A DNA stretch of 36,618 nucleotides, taken from positions 1-36,618 of the IMG/VR virus record IMGVR_UViG_3300033741_000186. One strand, 5' to 3'. Positions 33,587 to 36,618 of the stretch are shown here, piece by piece. The position numbers and the translations under genes were made by a program. Numbering within the stretch: the first letter of the stretch is position 1; every line of letters begins with the position of its first letter. The stretch is from a virus. Lineage: Duplodnaviria; Caudoviricetes. Under the pieces are notes generated by a model. It did no database searches. It saw only the letters and a program-made list of their open reading frames with translations, and had not been told where the DNA came from.

Positions 33587-33964
33587 GTGGCCCGCATCCC
33601 GCGCCTGTACCGGGTTATTTCTCGGCACCGCGACACAACGAGCGAGACGCGCCACTATCAGACCCCCGAGGCGGCCAAGGCCCGCGCCGAGCTGTTTGCC
33701 AAGGCCGACAAGGATGCCACGATCTCCATTGAGCCCTCGCACCCGGTAACGTACCCACGGCCGAGCGGCGACCCGAGCCCGCTGGACATTCCAGACACGC
33801 TAGTCTCTCGTGCGGTCGTGGATGATTTTGCCGCCCAGCTCGGGCTCAAGTCGAGCGCCGTGCAGCTCGTGATTGTCGAGCCCGAGGAGGTCGTTGTTCA
33901 GTATCAGCCAGACCCCACGGGCAAGCGCGCGCCTAAGTTCTGGCGCGTGTCGTTTTTGGATTAG
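33587..33964 (+). CDS. Hypothetical protein
   Basis: SD GGAG; abuts the previous stop codon. Confidence 0.7.
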   Translation: MARIPRLYRVISRHRDTTSETRHYQTPEAAKARAELFAKADKDATISIEPSHPVTYPRPSGDPSPLDIPDTLVSRAVVDDFAAQLGLKSSAVQLVIVEPEEVVVQYQPDPTGKRAPKFWRVSFLD

Positions 33965-34001
33965 TTTGCAGGTTTACTATTCGGTGTGTATGGTTACTAC
34001 A
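33964..34001 (+). promoter_or_regulatory. Early promoter with operator
   Basis: TTGCAG-17-TATGGT; TGTA-TGGTTAC-TACA. Confidence 0.75.
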
Positions 34002-34027
34002 TACCGACCGCCACCGAAAGGCACCCC

Positions 34028-34273
34028 ATGAACAACACTCACAGAGATCACAACTACCGCATTGCAACCGACACGCTCGACAGCGGCAAGGTCAGGGCCA
34101 AGGCTCGCGGGCGCAAAACAAACGCCCAGACATTCCCAGCAGGCACGACTCACGAGGACGCCGCAACCAAGCTAGCCGCAAAAATCGGCGGCCCCAGATT
34201 CGCCCACGTCAAAGAGCTAACCTCAAACCCAAACGGCAGCAGCCGAGACTTTGCAATTTTCGTAACGTTCTAA
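34028..34273 (+). CDS. Small basic hypothetical protein
   Basis: Start moved to ATG 34028 after SD GAAAGG. Confidence 0.75.
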   Translation: MNNTHRDHNYRIATDTLDSGKVRAKARGRKTNAQTFPAGTTHEDAATKLAAKIGGPRFAHVKELTSNPNGSSRDFAIFVTF

Positions 34274-34282
34274 GCTCCACCC

Positions 34283-34306
34283 GGCCCCGGGTAATCGCTC
34301 GGGGCC
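34283..34306 (+). terminator. Hairpin
   Basis: GGCCCCGGG-TAATCG-CTCGGGGCC; no U-tract. Confidence 0.5.
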
Positions 34307-34331
34307 TCAACCAATGCACGAAAGGCACACA

Positions 34332-35195
34332 ATGAAAACACGCGCTACCGGGGCGGCAATTCTCGCCCTCACTCTCGCTCTGGGCGGCACACTGCTCGGC
34401 GCTGCTGGAGCCTCGGCCGACGAGGCAGAACGCAAGCAGCCAAAGGTGACAATCTGCCACCTGACGGCAAGCGCCAGCAACCCCTCGGAAACTATCGACG
34501 TGGCCGAGGCATCGCTGCCTGCGCATGTTGCCCACGGCGACACGCTGGGCGAGTGCGCCCCTGAACCTGAGCCCGAGCCGACACCTGACCCGAGCCCCAC
34601 GCCAGAGCCCACGCCCACCGAAACCCCCGAGCCAGCCGTTGAGCAGCACGAGGCCAGCGAGTGCGCCTCAACAACCGAATACACAACAACGACGTGGACG
34701 ACGACAGACGGCGTTATCTCTGATGAGGTCAGCGATTCACGCCAGCTCGACCGGGCCGACGCGATCACCCTAGGCTGCTACACGCCGCCCATTATTGATT
34801 GCGCCGAGTGGACAGTGCCCGGGTGGCTCAACGAGCACGGCGACGCCACGAGCTGCGTGAGCAATAACCCCTGCCCCGAGGTAGAGCCCGGCGAAACTTG
34901 CCCGGGTGACGAGGTGCCCACAGATGAGCCAACCGAGCCCACTGACGAGCCCACCGAGCCCGAGGTGCCCGTTGAGGTGCCAACCGACACGGCCGAGCCA
35001 GTAGTGCCAGCAGTCGAGCCGGTTGAGGCTATCAACGTTGTGCCCGCAGCAGCAGCGACAAAGCTGCCCGCAACGCTCGCCTACACGGGCGAAAAGTCAG
35101 AGGGCCCGAGTATCCTAGCCCTCGGCGCGTTTGCGCTCATGCTCGGCCTCGCCCTCGTCGTCGTCGCAGCTCTACCAGCAAAGCAAGGGGCCTAA
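34332..35195 (+). CDS. Secreted, sortase-type (LAXTG) cell-wall-anchored protein
   Basis: Signal peptide ending ASA; KVTICH...AHVAHGD domain; PE/PT stalks; LAYTG at 35076-35090, then a TM helix. Confidence 0.8.
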   Translation: MKTRATGAAILALTLALGGTLLGAAGASADEAERKQPKVTICHLTASASNPSETIDVAEASLPAHVAHGDTLGECAPEPEPEPTPDPSPTPEPTPTETPEPAVEQHEASECASTTEYTTTTWTTTDGVISDEVSDSRQLDRADAITLGCYTPPIIDCAEWTVPGWLNEHGDATSCVSNNPCPEVEPGETCPGDEVPTDEPTEPTDEPTEPEVPVEVPTDTAEPVVPAVEPVEAINVVPAAAATKLPATLAYTGEKSEGPSILALGAFALMLGLALVVVAALPAKQGA

Positions 35196-35695
35196 TGTCA
35201 GGCGAAACTATCATTACAGTCGTGGGAAACCTCACGGCTGACCCAGAGCTGCGCTACACGCAGGGCGGGCTGGCGGTGGCCAACTTTACCGTTGCCAGTA
35301 CCCCGCGCACGTTTGACCGCCAGAGCAACGAGTGGAAAGACGGCGAGCCGCTGTTTTTGCGCTGCTCATGCTGGCGCGAGTTTGCCGAGCACATCGCGGG
35401 ATCTCTCGAAAAAGGGGCCCGGGTCATCGTGACCGGCCAGCTCAAACAACGCAGCTACGAAACCAAAGAGGGCGAAAAGCGTACCTCTATGGAGTTGCAG
35501 GTGGACGAGGTTGGCCCCTCGCTCAAGTACGCAACGGCGGCCGTGACTAAGACACCTCGGGACGGATCTCGCCCGCAGGGTCAGCAGGCCCCGGCGCAGC
35601 AGTCAGGCCCGGGCGCAGGTTGGCAGCCAGACGCAGCAGGCGGTGGCCCGGTTTGGGACTCGTCGGCGAATTACTCAGAAGAAACTCCATTCTGA
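35195..35695 (+). CDS. ssb: Single-stranded DNA-binding protein
   Basis: [33 protein letters not shown]; C-terminal EETPF. Confidence 0.97.
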   Translation: MSGETIITVVGNLTADPELRYTQGGLAVANFTVASTPRTFDRQSNEWKDGEPLFLRCSCWREFAEHIAGSLEKGARVIVTGQLKQRSYETKEGEKRTSMELQVDEVGPSLKYATAAVTKTPRDGSRPQGQQAPAQQSGPGAGWQPDAAGGGPVWDSSANYSEETPF

Positions 35696-35859
35696 TGGAC
35701 TCTCCATCGTGGCGCTTTGGCCGTTCAGCAAAACAGAGTCTTTGGGGGGTTACGCTCCAGCCGGTTTATCACTGGGATGAGCTGAGGGGCCACGCCGTTA
35801 CTTTTGGCTTTGGCCTCATGTTCGCCCAGTGGCGCAGCAAGGGCGCGCGTGTCATTTGA
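35695..35859 (+). CDS. 54-aa hypothetical protein
   Basis: TGATG overlap with ssb; fills the gap to rusA. Confidence 0.5.
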   Translation: MDSPSWRFGRSAKQSLWGVTLQPVYHWDELRGHAVTFGFGLMFAQWRSKGARVI

Positions 35860-36286
35860 TAGCCAGCTAGCCCTGCGGGTGGAGGGAACTCCTCGCCCGC
35901 AGGGCTCTATCGCGTTTAAGGGGATGCGTGGCAATAAGCCCATCCTGACCAGTGACAACGTGAACCTCGCCGGGTGGCGTGCCCAAGTCACCGCAGCGGC
36001 CCGCGCGGCCCTGCCTGCCTCGTGGACGCCACTGGACGAGCCTGTAAAGGTGTCGTTCATTTTCTACCTGCCACGGCCCCAGCGCCCCCGGTGGCTGCTG
36101 CCAGCAACCAAGCCAGACATTGACAAGCTCATCCGAGCCGTGCTCGATGGGATCGCCGACGCCGGGGTTATCATCAACGACTCTCGGGTTACTGATTTAG
36201 GGGACACAAAAAAACGCTACGCAGGCGAGGATCACCCGCCCGGGGTAGCGCTAGTTATCGAGTGGGATCTACCTACTGAGGCTTAA
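35849..36286 (+). CDS. rusA: RusA-like Holliday junction resolvase
   Basis: V.G.PRPQGS, KPDIDKL.RAVLDG, INDSRV motifs; start moved to GTG 35849. Confidence 0.9.
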   Translation: MSFDSQLALRVEGTPRPQGSIAFKGMRGNKPILTSDNVNLAGWRAQVTAAARAALPASWTPLDEPVKVSFIFYLPRPQRPRWLLPATKPDIDKLIRAVLDGIADAGVIINDSRVTDLGDTKKRYAGEDHPPGVALVIEWDLPTEA

Positions 36287-36458
36287 CGGCGTGCATGATC
36301 GTAGGGCGCGAAACCTTGGCCTCTGCTTGCACCTTGTCCCACGTTGCGCCCTCGGCGATGCGCTCGCGGATTAGCTCGCGCTGGCGTTCACGGTCGGCAG
36401 CCTGCGCGTCGTTACGGACGCGGATACGCTTTGCGATTTGTTCTAGTTCGGTTGCCAT
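36273..36458 (-). CDS. Small HTH-like DNA-binding protein
   Basis: Helix followed by GATWDKVQAEAKVSRPTI; divergent from an operator-bearing promoter. Confidence 0.7.
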   Translation of the reverse strand: MATELEQIAKRIRVRNDAQAADRERQRELIRERIAEGATWDKVQAEAKVSRPTIMHAVKPQ

Positions 36459-36472
36459 GCCGCCATCCTAGC
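36456..36472 (-). promoter_or_regulatory. Leaderless-type promoter
   Basis: TAGGAT-N6-ATG on the minus strand. Confidence 0.55.
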
Positions 36473-36473
36473 A

Positions 36474-36512
36474 GTTTGCGCGCTTACCGCGCGAGGGTGT
36501 AGTGTCTCTACA
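36474..36512 (+). promoter_or_regulatory. Early promoter with operator
   Basis: TTGCGC-18-TAGTGT; TGTAG-TGTCT-CTACA. Confidence 0.75.
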
Positions 36513-36616
36513 TAGCCAACGAAAGGGCACACCATGAACCTCTGCATCCGATGCAACGCAGCCCCCGCAAATCACGCTCTATGCGTCGATTGCAAGGCCG
36601 AGCTAAAAGCCCAAGC
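36493..36616. repeat. Terminal direct repeat, right copy
   Basis: Identical to 3..126. Confidence 0.95.
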
Positions 36617-36618
36617 TC

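Noticed and set aside
34559-34990. Short tandem repeats as a VNTR or DGR element
   Set aside because: They encode Pro/Glu/Thr stalk repeats; no reverse transcriptase or TR/VR pair was seen
36493-36616. Terminal repeat as a physical DTR or att site
   Set aside because: It cuts through a promoter and a gene, and its length fits a k-mer assembly overlap. The terminase type suggests headful packaging. Read data would be needed to decide.

Overview
This window looks like a complete, circularly assembled ~36,490-bp tailed phage (siphovirus) genome. It has a 124-bp terminal direct repeat and a high GC content. The host is probably actinobacterial; the SSB sequence points to Microbacteriaceae (inference). 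Gene order: small early genes, terminase, portal, minor capsid, an inserted early cassette, scaffold, major capsid, neck and tail genes (with a -1 frameshifted tail chaperone), tape measure, minor tails, endolysin and membrane/holin genes, a leftward operon, exonuclease/recombinase, HNH, a short wHTH replication initiator with an ori-like region, SSB and RusA. I recognised no integrase, ParA/B, polymerase, primase or helicase. Four things stand out. (1) Seven sigma-A-type promoters spread around the genome share a TGTA-N7-TACA palindrome over the -10/+1 region. One drives an Aca2/YdiL (DUF1870)-like HTH gene preceded by a 13-codon leader ORF, suggesting a genome-wide regulon of small, possibly anti-defence, genes. 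(2) The minor capsid protein is fused to a papain-fold (Tox-PL-like) toxin domain, with a candidate immunity gene in the adjacent cassette. (3) A ~145-nt three-way-junction RNA candidate lies in the head module. (4) The phage encodes a LAXTG sortase-type cell-surface protein. All protein family calls come from motif recognition by eye; no database searches were run.
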